IMG/VR virus record: IMGVR_UViG_3300020473_000016
Strand: one strand, 5' to 3'
DNA from: a virus
DNA: 64,000 bases
Both the position numbers and the translations under genes were made by a program. Of the stretch, positions 18,401 to 27,886 are shown piece after piece. Positions within the stretch are counted from its first letter, which is position 1. Each line of letters opens with the position of its first letter. Below the pieces are notes generated by a model. The model did not search any database, had not been told where the DNA came from, and worked only from the letters and a program-made list of their open reading frames with translations.

Positions 18401-21400
18401 TCTGGTTTGTCTGGAATATTAATGAGTTAGTTCCACTAGTTGCCTGTGAATACAACTGAGCAAAGTATCTATTTTCTGCACCTTTAATTGATTGCATTGC
18501 AAGTGCATAGTTCTGGTCTCCTCTTAAGAATGTGAAGGAGTTAGCAGAACCACCTGATGCCAATCTATCTGTTTCAATAACACCAGATGTAATATCAGCA
18601 GCAGCAATTTGGTTAGTAGATAGTGATACCCAGTTAGAAGCAAGAGAAGAAGATGTGTTTACAACACGGTTAATATTAACTGTTGTAGCAGTTGGTGTTG
18701 TACTATCATCGAATGTATCAGTATCTTCAATCTTAAGCTTGTTAACAATAGTACCATACAATCTACTTTCAATTAAGCAGTTACCTTGTGCTTGTGTTCC
18801 AGCTCCTGGAGGTGCAGCGAATGTGATTGTTGGAGCAGTAGTATATCCTTTACCACCAACAAATCCATTAAAATCAACAATAGTAGCAGTAACAACTTCA
18901 CCGTTAGCAATAGTACATGTAACAGCAGCAGCAACTGCACCACCACCAGGATTACCTCCTGAAACTGTGACAGCAGGAGCAACTGTATATCCAGAACCAG
19001 AGTTAGTAACGTTTATTTGATAAACAACACCTTGTCTGTATTCTGTAGACTGAATACGACCACCAGATACACTACCTTCAAATATATCTCCGATAGTAAA
19101 TGCTAGGTTAGAATCAAATGCAAATCCTAAGAATAGACTTGTTAGGTCATTGTTCAAGATGAATGACTGTGATGTATCCTGTTGGATAGCGATGTCACCA
19201 GCAAGAGCACCTTCTAGTGCTAATCTTTCTGGTTCGTCAGCAACAGTGTAAACACTGAATGGTCTCAAAGCAGGAATCTGGTCAACAGATATCTTACCTG
19301 AGTCTGTTAGTTCAACCAATGCTCTAGGAACAGCGTTCGTAGAGTAGGGTTTGTTAATATATGGACCTAAGTTATTTGTAATATAATCTTTAACTGCCTT
19401 CTGAGTAGGTAGTTTAGAGTCAGATGCGTTTGCACCACCCAATGTGTTGGAGTCATCGAATCCAGTAACAACAACGTCACCACCTTTTAGTTTCAAGAAT
19501 TCAACTTCAGAGATCGTAACCGTACCAGTAAAGGTAATGTTACCAGTTCTGTTCTCAATTCTAGCGAATGTACCAACCTTGAAGTCTCCTAGTTCGTCAG
19601 TACCAGAGACATATACACGACCATAGTTCTGTGATACCTGTTCGTTTGCCTCTATCTTAGTACCACCGTTCTCAGGTAGAGCAAGGTAGTTAGTACCAGA
19701 TCCAGCAAATTCCCATGTATGAGATGAGGAGTTAACAATAGATGGTCTGTGTAAGTTAATAGTCTTACCAAGTAATACACTTGTAGATACTGCCTGACCA
19801 GTAGCAACATCAGTCAGATCCATTCCACCACCAGTACCATCATCAATGGTTAACTGAGCAGAGAAAGGAGGACCAACGGTAACTGCTGAAACTACATCAA
19901 CGAAGTATTCAATTTCAGTATTAGTATTGGTATAACCATTAATCTTAACAACATAGTGTTCTAGTGGTTCTCTTCCCAATCCACTGACTGTAAGTATTGT
20001 TCTACCAGTAGGAGTAGAAGATACGTTAGAGATAGTTGCAATATCAAATACGTATGGAGTAGCACTAAATCCAACACCTCTTAATGCATACTGACCGAAG
20101 TTAGTAGCAGAGTTAGTGATAGATGCATAACCACCAGACTCACAAAGAACACCATCAGAACAGAAGATAACGAATACAGAAACTAACTGTACATAACCAT
20201 CGTTAATAATCTTATATCCAGTACCACCGAAGGATACAATCGTGAATGCAGATGCAACCATCGACTTACCCTGATTAGGATAAGTAGCACTACCGTCAAG
20301 TTCTAGTCCAGTAAACGGACAGTTAGGTTGCTTAACTTTAGCACCATCAATGAATGCACCATTACCACCTAAGAAGGAGATAACAGAAGAGTTCTGTGTA
20401 TATGGAGATGCTTCAATAATTGGATAATCATCATAGTCAGAACGAACAGCAGACCTAACATTGTTAGCATCATAGATGTAACTATCAGGATATGTTGCTA
20501 GTAATGAAGTATCGTATAAAGTACCTGTTGTTTGTGTAGTTGCACCAGGAAGGATTGTTCCATCTAAGATGTCTTCTAACAGATCCATCTCTGTAGCAAT
20601 AGAAGAAGCAATGTTAGCACACTTAGGAGTACCACCTGTGTATAGAGTGATGTTCCAATCTTCGTACTTAGGAATTGGAGAAGTAGTTACAACCTGATCG
20701 TAAACGATAACAATACCATTTGCTAATCCACTTACAAATGCGTGTGTAGAAGCACTAGCAGTACCAGCAGCACCTACGTTACATGTAACAGTAGTATTAC
20801 CACCAGCAGTTGATACATTAGTAATTGGAAGTGATTTACCGTATGCTTTCTTATCAGCAGGAACTCTTCTTGGATATGAGTGCTCAGTAGCATTACTATC
20901 TACGTCACAAGTAAACTTAAGTGCATTTTCTCTAAATGCAATTCTATGTGATGTCTTAACTGCCTTAGTAGGAGTTGGGAATGTTACTGTTAAATTACCA
21001 GTGTTAGCAGTATAGGTAGCAGCATTTGCTGTTGCAACATGAGGAAGGTTAGTAGAAGAACCAACATTAACTGTAATAGTAGTTCCTGTAACAGCAGTAA
21101 TAGCAAGGTTTGCTCCAGATGCAGGGTCGGTAGCACGAGGATAAGCATGGTTTGTGGAGTTAGCATCCAAGTCACAAGTAAATGTAACACCACCATCAGC
21201 AATCTGAACAGTGTTACTTGTTGTCAAACTATGAGATCCAATCTCTAGTACTAGATCACCAGTAGCAGCATTGTAAGTTGTTCCAGTTGCTGCTGTCTTA
21301 GTACCGCCAGCATTAGGAGTAATTGCACCAGAAACACCACTAACAAATGTATGAGTTCCAGCGTATCCAGTCCAGTTAGAAAGTGCGTTGATTGCGTACT

Positions 21401-24400
21401 CTTTGACCTTCTGATAAGCGTAAATGGTTTGAGCAAGCATTCCTGCCTCAATACCAGTTAACTGCGTTCCTGTGAAGTATAACTCTGCTCTAGAAACGAT
21501 ACCAGAGTTACCACCAAGTACAAGGTCACGAATCAATCCACCAAGAATTAAACCAACGTCTCTACGACATTTTCTCTGGTTAAGATCAGATAGATTTGCA
21601 TTAGGATATTTCTTCTCTACATCTAACAATACCTGATCAGCAATGAGATCTTTGTTACGTGCAATTAAGTATGCACCATCAAGGTATACGTTAGCAGCAT
21701 TATTTGATAGAACATCTACGAAGAGATATGCAAGAGTATCAATAGCAGCTCTTACATCATCACAACGTGGACTTCCAGCAGTAGTATTAATAATTGTTGT
21801 ATCTCTATACTGAGATAGAGCAGTATGCTCTGCGACATATAGAGGATCTGTAGTCAATCTATTGTCACCAGTATGCCAGTTACACATAGCATAGATTGCT
21901 AATTCTCTAGCATATTCTATACCACGTACAGTTTGGATAATTTCATTCTCTACATATTCTACTTTTGCTCCAACAATATACTTCTTAGCAGCTTCTATAA
22001 TGTTATGGTTAGAACCATATTCTAAGTCTCTTATAAGAGCATTAAGGAAATGTCTAATGTCTTGCTTACACTGCTCATCACCATTAGGTTGATTGTTATT
22101 ACCAGAAGTAGGAGGACTAAATGATGGATATGTCTTTTGTCCAGAAGAACAAGACATTAAAATACTATCAAGTTTTATAGTTGCATCTTCTGCAATGTTT
22201 GGAACAGCAGCAGATACAGTAACAGTAGCAATACCAGTTACAGCATTATCATATACAAAATTAGTAATGTTATATGAACTACCACCAAATTCTACAGTAC
22301 CACCACTGACATAAGTGTGTACTTCAGGTGTTTGTCCCAAGTATACTTTGAATGTTGTACCACCAGTAGATAGACAATTTGAAGCAGCTCTTACAAATGT
22401 ATGAGCAACTTGAGGTCTATTCTTAACACAGTTTGTGTCAGCAGTAACAAATGTATGGGCAGTACTTGGTCTAAATTTAATTCCGTTAGCAGCTCCACTT
22501 ATAAAGGTATGAGCATAAGATCCACCACTAATAACACCACCAGATGAAGCACTAACAAATGTATGTGAATAGTTACCACCTGAAACTACAAATCCCTGAT
22601 TAGCAGATACGTATGTATGTGCTGATGTATCAGAAGATGTACCAACGTTAACTGTTATAGTAGTTGCTGTAGTTGCAGTGATAGCAACAGATGTATTGTA
22701 TGCTGGATCATCACCAGTAGCACCACCTTGACCATTTGCACGAGGATAAGAGTGCTGTGTAGCATTACTATCTGTTGCACATGTAAATGTAATTCCTTCA
22801 TTGGTAAGTTTAACACTTTGTCCAGTGTTTAAATTATGAGTACCAATGGTCATCTCAAGAAGACCAGTAGCAGGATCATATGTAGCGTTAGTTGGTGTGT
22901 ACTCTACAGATGGAGATGGACCTACGTTAATAGTAACTGTCCCATCTTGATGAGTTAATCCACCAGTAACAGAAGAAACAAATGAATGTGCTGATGTATC
23001 ACTTGATGCACCTACATTAACTTCAAATGTATTTGTAGCAACTTGTGATATTGCTAACCAATCTCCACCACCAGCAGGGTCTGAAGTTCTTGGATATGAA
23101 TGTTGAGTTGCATTACTATCTAAACCACAAGTGAATGTAAGAGAATTATTTCCTAACTTAATTCTATCACCATTAGAGAATCCATGATTGTTAATGGTTA
23201 ACTGCATTACACCTGTTGAAGGGTTGTAAGTAGCACCTGATACAGTGTGTGCAGAACTACCAACAGCAATAACTTCTAGAGAAGAATCATATGCTCTATC
23301 TCTCTTCTGTTTAATTCCATCAGCAACAGCAGATACAAATGCATGAGTAGTCTGGTTTGTAGAAGGAACTGTATCAAGAACTTGAATTGTATATGTGTTA
23401 AGAGTTACATTCTGTACAGGAATCCAATGACCGCTAATTGGGTCAGTTGCTCTTGGATAAGTATGGTTTGATCCATTGTTATCTTCTAAACAAGTGAATG
23501 TTAATGAGTTATCATCAATCTTAATAAGATCCCCATTTGACATTCCATGATTAGGAGTTGTTAATGTTAGTAGACCAGTTGAAGGATTGTATGCAGCGTT
23601 AGTTGCTGTATGAGTATCAATGTTTGTTCTTGGATAACTCTTATTAGCAGTATTGCCATCCATTGCACAACTGAATGTTAGAGCACCATCAGCAAGTTTG
23701 ATGTTATCTCCAACTTGTAAATTATGTCCACCAAGAGTAAGAACCATATTACCAGTAGATGCTGTGTAAGAAGCATTGGTTGGTGTGTATGTTACCTGTG
23801 GTGTAGTTCCAACATTAACTGTTAAAGTACCGTCTTGTCTCCTTAATCCATTAGATACAGCAGAAACAAATGTATGAGTTGAAGTATCCTGAGATATACC
23901 AACGTTAATATCAAATGTATTTGTGGTTATATTACCAATCTGTAACCATCTTCCACTTGCTCTATCATATCCAGCACGAGGATAATCATGATTAGAACCA
24001 TTACTATCTAATGCACAAGTAAGTCTTAATGAATCATCTTCAAGTTTAACATAATCTCCATTACTAAATCCATGACCAGAAACAGTTAATTGTAAAACAC
24101 CTGTTGCAGGAGTATATGTTGCATTAGTTACTGTATGTTGTGTCTCTCCAACTGCTGTAACTTCAATTGCTTGACCAGAAGTAGGGTCAATATCTAATCT
24201 AGGATAACTATGCTTAGTAGCATGACCATCCATAGCACAAGTAAAGGTTAATGCATCATTGTCTATCATGACGCTATCACCAACACGAACTCCGTGTTGT
24301 CCAACTGTCAATACCATGACACCTGTAGCAGGATCATAGGTAGCACCAGTTGCTGTGAAATCTCTATTAGTACCAGCAGCACCTACGTTAACAGTAACAC

Positions 24401-27338
24401 TACTTGCTGTAGTACCAGTAATTGCAAGGGATCTACCAGAAGCTTGATCTTTTAATGCACGAGGATATTTCTTAGTAACCTGATTACCATCCATTGCACA
24501 TTTGAAATGCAATGAATCATTATCAATAGTAATACTCTCACCAGTTGATAAGGAATGTGTTCCAAGTGTTAATGTTAAATCTCCAGTTGCAGGATCGTAA
24601 GTAGCAGCAGTAGGTGTCCATTCTTGGTTTGCAGGTGATACACCAACATTAACAGTAAATGTATTTGTAGTTGTTGCTGTAACTGGTAATGCTTTTGAAC
24701 TAGCAGGGTCTGTTGATCTAGGATATGCGTGCTCAGTAGCATTATTATCCATTGCACAGGTGAAGGTTAACCCATCATCAGCAATTCTAATACCTGTTCC
24801 TTCTGTAAATGAGTGACCATTTAATGTAAATACTAAATCACCAGTTGCAGGATCATAGGTTGCATTTGTTGGTGTGTAGTTTGCAGATGCTGTACCACCA
24901 ATTTCATATGCAGCAAAATAACTCTTAGCAAATTGTGAGTTAAGTCTACCAACTGCTTCTTCTGCGATATACTCTCTGTTATTTCTAATCAATAAAGAAG
25001 CATCCTGATACCTTCTATTAACAGGAGTTGCTATAGGGAAACTGTTTGGGGAGTTTAATAGTGATAATGTAACAGTCTTAGAATATGTTTTGACCTTTGC
25101 AAATTGACCAGGATTGAGGTTAGCATCAACAACCGCTGGCATCTTCTTAGGTATTACAAATCGTCTGCAACGACCATCATTATCTTCTAAGACTTTATAA
25201 ATTCTTTGCTTACCATTTAATTCTGATAAGTCTGGACCTGAAGTGGGAAGACCTTCTATCAGGATTTCTTGACCATCTTTAAACTCGTGTGTATTTGTTC
25301 TACCAACAAGAGCATTAGTGTAGAATATAATACCACCTACATCCTCAGCATTACCAAACTGTGAACTTTGGAAACCACCTTGTGCTATAGAAGCATCTCC
25401 TTGTTGTGAGAAGTCAATTCTAGAGATAGGTAATGATGCAACATAATCCTCATCTACAGATACAACTTCACCTTCTGCCCTGATTGATTTAATAGCAGTA
25501 GTGTCAACCGTTTCAATTTGTGGTGTTGCTGCGTTAATAGTAAAGGAACTAGCACTTGAAGTATCCCAAGTAGGAGCATTAAGAATAGGAACAAATGTTA
25601 CATCCCAATATCCTGATCCAGCATTGGTATTATCAATTGCTATTACTTGATAATAACCTTGAGTAAAGTTAGTATCGTTAGTATCATCGAGGAAAACGTA
25701 TGTACCAGCAGGAATTAATGAACCTGGATCTTGTGTAAATCTTAATTTATTACTACCAGCAGCCTGTGAAATATTAAGACTGATAGCACCACCAGTACCA
25801 GCAGATGTTATGTACTCAAATCGTTCACCTTCAACAAAGGAACCACTTGTTAGGTTAACATCAATTGTACCATTAATATATGCACTAGCACCTATAGTAG
25901 TTGCAAAATTAACAGCAATTATTTTTGCTCTAGCACCAGTGTTAACACCAACCACTTCTAAGTTGTTTTGTAGAGCAGAAAGACCTGTGTTCTGCTGGAA
26001 TGTAACACGGAACTGATCTGGTCCAAAGATTTGGTGACCTATAGGATAACTCGTACCAAAATCACCATTAGCATCAACATCAATACAAACACGCTGTTTG
26101 TCATCAAAGACCATTGCGTAATCCCAAGTAGCAACTGGGTCGCCATTAGAATCAATCTGGTCTCTGAAAGTTACACCAATAACATAGTTCTTATCACCAA
26201 ACTTAAATACGTGCTTACCTGGATTTGAAGGACGGATAATAACCAAACGTAAGTTGTCACCAACGATTGATGCATCTGGTGGAATTGATATTGGGTTGTC
26301 TTCTACATAGTCTCCACCTGAAACAATAACAGTTTCTTTAACACCAGGTGTTGCCCATGCTAACTGACATGCTTTTTTAATAGTTCTTACTGGGTTTACC
26401 GCAGATCGACCATCGTTTAGGTCAGAACCAATCTGTGATGAAACGTAAATACGACCACCAACGTCATTCGTTGCTAGGTTAAGGACGTATTCTGTAGTAG
26501 CAATCTTGTCTGATCTGTCACCTAATAGAGGTGTAATAGATCTTGGGAATATACCAGCTTCTCCAGTTTCTCCATACTTATATTCTAATTGGTCTACGAC
26601 GTGGAAACCAATATGTTTTAGATCAACCTCACCATTTTTTACGATTCCATCAACGTGTGTTGGAGCATCACTACCTGTTTGTCCAGCATTAATTGCTTGA
26701 TAAACATTAGCACCAAAATATCTATAGGAATCCTTCTGGATAATAACGTTAGGAGCCCAAGGAGTACCAGTATTATTTTGATAAGTCTTTAAGTTAGGTC
26801 CCCTTAATGCAGCGTTAGGAGTAACGAAGTTATCAATATCAAGGTTTAGAATTCTAGCAGTATCAGAGATGATAGATGTAGACGTTCTAATAGCACCGTT
26901 GATGTCAAGTTCGTAATCAACCGTGTCAAGAACAGCAGTAGCAGTAGCACCAGCACCGCCTCCACCGCTTATAGTTACTGTGGGAGCAGTTGTATAACCC
27001 ATACCTGGATTATTAACTGCAATAGAAACGACTTTACCATTAAAAATAAACGCGGAAGCAAGTGCGGTAATTCCGTCAGCAGTACCAGGAGGAGCAACGG
27101 TTACGGACGGTTGCGTAGTATAACCAGCACCACCATTAGTGATGTCAATATTATTAATTCTTTGTCCAGTTCTATTAATACCTACACGAGGTAATCCAGT
27201 TGCTGTATCGAGTTCTGTACGAAGAATCTCTCTTTCTAGAGCTCCTGTACCCCCTCTAATTGTTAATTCATTATCACCGATAAGTTTCGGGTTGACACCC
27301 CTAAACTTCTCTTTATCGGAATTAATATGCAAACTCAT
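15432..27338 (-). CDS. Giant tail fibre / receptor-binding protein (3968 aa)
   Basis: Thr/Gly/Ala-rich. It has repeated VGIN and GxGYTxAPxV motifs, beta-helix-like segments and about 10 Ig-like repeats, and lies next to the baseplate genes. Confidence 0.85.
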   Translation of the reverse strand: MSLHINSDKEKFRGVNPKLIGDNELTIRGGTGALEREILRTELDTATGLPRVGINRTGQRINNIDITNGGAGYTTQPSVTVAPPGTADGITALASAFIFNGKVVSIAVNNPGMGYTTAPTVTISGGGGAGATATAVLDTVDYELDINGAIRTSTSIISDTARILNLDIDNFVTPNAALRGPNLKTYQNNTGTPWAPNVIIQKDSYRYFGANVYQAINAGQTGSDAPTHVDGIVKNGEVDLKHIGFHVVDQLEYKYGETGEAGIFPRSITPLLGDRSDKIATTEYVLNLATNDVGGRIYVSSQIGSDLNDGRSAVNPVRTIKKACQLAWATPGVKETVIVSGGDYVEDNPISIPPDASIVGDNLRLVIIRPSNPGKHVFKFGDKNYVIGVTFRDQIDSNGDPVATWDYAMVFDDKQRVCIDVDANGDFGTSYPIGHQIFGPDQFRVTFQQNTGLSALQNNLEVVGVNTGARAKIIAVNFATTIGASAYINGTIDVNLTSGSFVEGERFEYITSAGTGGAISLNISQAAGSNKLRFTQDPGSLIPAGTYVFLDDTNDTNFTQGYYQVIAIDNTNAGSGYWDVTFVPILNAPTWDTSSASSFTINAATPQIETVDTTAIKSIRAEGEVVSVDEDYVASLPISRIDFSQQGDASIAQGGFQSSQFGNAEDVGGIIFYTNALVGRTNTHEFKDGQEILIEGLPTSGPDLSELNGKQRIYKVLEDNDGRCRRFVIPKKMPAVVDANLNPGQFAKVKTYSKTVTLSLLNSPNSFPIATPVNRRYQDASLLIRNNREYIAEEAVGRLNSQFAKSYFAAYEIGGTASANYTPTNATYDPATGDLVFTLNGHSFTEGTGIRIADDGLTFTCAMDNNATEHAYPRSTDPASSKALPVTATTTNTFTVNVGVSPANQEWTPTAATYDPATGDLTLTLGTHSLSTGESITIDNDSLHFKCAMDGNQVTKKYPRALKDQASGRSLAITGTTASSVTVNVGAAGTNRDFTATGATYDPATGVMVLTVGQHGVRVGDSVMIDNDALTFTCAMDGHATKHSYPRLDIDPTSGQAIEVTAVGETQHTVTNATYTPATGVLQLTVSGHGFSNGDYVKLEDDSLRLTCALDSNGSNHDYPRAGYDRASGRWLQIGNITTNTFDINVGISQDTSTHTFVSAVSNGLRRQDGTLTVNVGTTPQVTYTPTNASYTASTGNMVLTLGGHNLQVGDNIKLADGALTFSCAMDGNTANKSYPRTNIDTHTATNAAYNPSTGLLTLTTPNHGMSNGDLIKIDDNSLTFTCLEDNNGSNHTYPRATDPISGHWIPVQNVTLNTYTIQVLDTVPSTNQTTHAFVSAVADGIKQKRDRAYDSSLEVIAVGSSAHTVSGATYNPSTGVMQLTINNHGFSNGDRIKLGNNSLTFTCGLDSNATQHSYPRTSDPAGGGDWLAISQVATNTFEVNVGASSDTSAHSFVSSVTGGLTHQDGTVTINVGPSPSVEYTPTNATYDPATGLLEMTIGTHNLNTGQSVKLTNEGITFTCATDSNATQHSYPRANGQGGATGDDPAYNTSVAITATTATTITVNVGTSSDTSAHTYVSANQGFVVSGGNYSHTFVSASSGGVISGGSYAHTFISGAANGIKFRPSTAHTFVTADTNCVKNRPQVAHTFVRAASNCLSTGGTTFKVYLGQTPEVHTYVSGGTVEFGGSSYNITNFVYDNAVTGIATVTVSAAVPNIAEDATIKLDSILMSCSSGQKTYPSFSPPTSGNNNQPNGDEQCKQDIRHFLNALIRDLEYGSNHNIIEAAKKYIVGAKVEYVENEIIQTVRGIEYARELAIYAMCNWHTGDNRLTTDPLYVAEHTALSQYRDTTIINTTAGSPRCDDVRAAIDTLAYLFVDVLSNNAANVYLDGAYLIARNKDLIADQVLLDVEKKYPNANLSDLNQRKCRRDVGLILGGLIRDLVLGGNSGIVSRAELYFTGTQLTGIEAGMLAQTIYAYQKVKEYAINALSNWTGYAGTHTFVSGVSGAITPNAGGTKTAATGTTYNAATGDLVLEIGSHSLTTSNTVQIADGGVTFTCDLDANSTNHAYPRATDPASGANLAITAVTGTTITVNVGSSTNLPHVATANAATYTANTGNLTVTFPTPTKAVKTSHRIAFRENALKFTCDVDSNATEHSYPRRVPADKKAYGKSLPITNVSTAGGNTTVTCNVGAAGTASASTHAFVSGLANGIVIVYDQVVTTSPIPKYEDWNITLYTGGTPKCANIASSIATEMDLLEDILDGTILPGATTQTTGTLYDTSLLATYPDSYIYDANNVRSAVRSDYDDYPIIEASPYTQNSSVISFLGGNGAFIDGAKVKQPNCPFTGLELDGSATYPNQGKSMVASAFTIVSFGGTGYKIINDGYVQLVSVFVIFCSDGVLCESGGYASITNSATNFGQYALRGVGFSATPYVFDIATISNVSSTPTGRTILTVSGLGREPLEHYVVKINGYTNTNTEIEYFVDVVSAVTVGPPFSAQLTIDDGTGGGMDLTDVATGQAVSTSVLLGKTINLHRPSIVNSSSHTWEFAGSGTNYLALPENGGTKIEANEQVSQNYGRVYVSGTDELGDFKVGTFARIENRTGNITFTGTVTISEVEFLKLKGGDVVVTGFDDSNTLGGANASDSKLPTQKAVKDYITNNLGPYINKPYSTNAVPRALVELTDSGKISVDQIPALRPFSVYTVADEPERLALEGALAGDIAIQQDTSQSFILNNDLTSLFLGFAFDSNLAFTIGDIFEGSVSGGRIQSTEYRQGVVYQINVTNSGSGYTVAPAVTVSGGNPGGGAVAAAVTCTIANGEVVTATIVDFNGFVGGKGYTTAPTITFAAPPGAGTQAQGNCLIESRLYGTIVNKLKIEDTDTFDDSTTPTATTVNINRVVNTSSSLASNWVSLSTNQIAAADITSGVIETDRLASGGSANSFTFLRGDQNYALAMQSIKGAENRYFAQLYSQATSGTNSLIFQTNQNALIGHEVKNTVNGIQANTNITGIVTAGGLTTVSINNPVNQTIASGTIIEFERGASPVTFESTYTQGNFVDDVIISNAGSGYTNGQYYDIPLTGGSGTELKANIVVSGNAVSDVTVTNGGTGYSADFSITVAPTQIGTGSGLVLEAKVSTVNRQYANVAIDVQRVTDQTISADLYGTIGVSRYKKSQFDIGLAGNGSVVLKTGADSGLDADLLDGAQGAFYLNSGNQNAGTLPTDRLSGTYNISISGSSQNTIRLITGTNNPTSNPAPNNFVEGVIANTVFNSANSLSDGGTRNLVMTIRNGGSGFDATYGGIRQLAFTDNDNMWIRGSGTGVSTFGSWGKVWTSLNDGVDSDLDADRLDNRQGDWYQNAYNLNSGIMSDNRLPGFISPRSYQDRLVVKTFNGDAKYQIYVQGLILNSSPFTPGNPVNLYNANAQAVGSFTIDAITINDDVNDNFNDYSILIGRLTSGNFTGALTIGTASNRVPFQDFTIEDDNTFEVTRLESDSGTAKLRLGRKDGQASSPAVYFNSSASAASNYNVALIAAGGTTTDGSGTLEVKVANADGLEVNGSTVWNAGNIVFQVNNIADTAVKRDGSGNFSAGTITGTLSGAASLNVLKTGDTMTGSLALAGASSNLTVGGTVGVTGITTLSNDLNVDAGVLFVDASANRVGINVGTSPSAALDIRSDEGILLKSATNAPATGARIRFTDVSDFSQVGTIRYNHSDSQSPNSEYGNTFTVEGTESELAFRVVGDIIASRNLGVGINREPDFALEVAGTAMITGTLNIDQDDDNSGARINLRGSSSYRNFRVSNQTVGNHYFAIQASTDNGGTTWNTTPAIAVDGSNNRVSINTTTNSGTDPNNNTNRTYQLTVQGDMNLNGQFFQNNAEFVTSRWTESSNGTDIHRMSKVGINQANPSYTLDVGGTANFRGIGYVNGDQMWIDTYGIFKSNRNTVSENVTIPANVNCVSAGPMTIANGYTVTINSGGNWAIV
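22375..24885 (-). repeat. Eight nested ~75-100-aa repeats within the tail fibre
   Basis: Repeated TxATYxPxTG...H...LTFTCxxDxN..xHxYPR..DP...VNVG...HTFVSA units; two further copies near 20700-21340. Confidence 0.85.
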
Positions 27339-27374
27339 GGTGCTTCCTATTAGGCCGTCGTTTATCCTAAACTA

Positions 27375-27381
27375 TATTTAG
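27375..27381 (-). promoter_or_regulatory. T4-type late promoter (CTAAATA)
   Basis: Intergenic, about 37 nt upstream of the tail fibre ATG. Confidence 0.65.
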
Positions 27382-27383
27382 CA

Positions 27384-27884
27384 TTAAGACCAAGCAATAG
27401 TGTGAACCTTAGTGCATACAGCCCATTTAATTGTTTGTGTAGTACCAGCCCTTGTAGTTGAGTAACTAAATCTGTTTGATGCTCCCTGTGGAACTATACT
27501 CCACGTCTCTCCTTGTGGGATATCATCTTTAATAACTGTTTCAAATGTTGATAAGATACTAACTGCTCCAAGATTATCACATTTAACAGCAGTTTCTAAC
27601 TTTCCTGTGTGAACAGTACCTGCTGGATTGACAGCAATGAAGTGTCCATCAATAAAACTAAGAGTATTATTTGCTAAAGTTATCTGTGTTCCAACATTAT
27701 CTAATTGCAATACTGCTGTATTAATACCTCGAAGAATATATTCTACATGATGACTATCTTCGTAATAACGATTCTTTACTTCTAAAGTATTAAAATTCTT
27801 AGCGTTCTTATTTTCATCTATGACTGTAGTCTTGTCTAATGAAAATCCACCTTGAGAATCAAATTTGTCTAGTGTTGTTGCCAT
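27384..27884 (-). CDS. Putative virion structural protein
   Basis: ORF track; beta-rich, and similar in character to the C-terminal domain of the upstream protein. Confidence 0.7.
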   Translation of the reverse strand: MATTLDKFDSQGGFSLDKTTVIDENKNAKNFNTLEVKNRYYEDSHHVEYILRGINTAVLQLDNVGTQITLANNTLSFIDGHFIAVNPAGTVHTGKLETAVKCDNLGAVSILSTFETVIKDDIPQGETWSIVPQGASNRFSYSTTRAGTTQTIKWAVCTKVHTIAWS

Positions 27885-27886
27885 TT

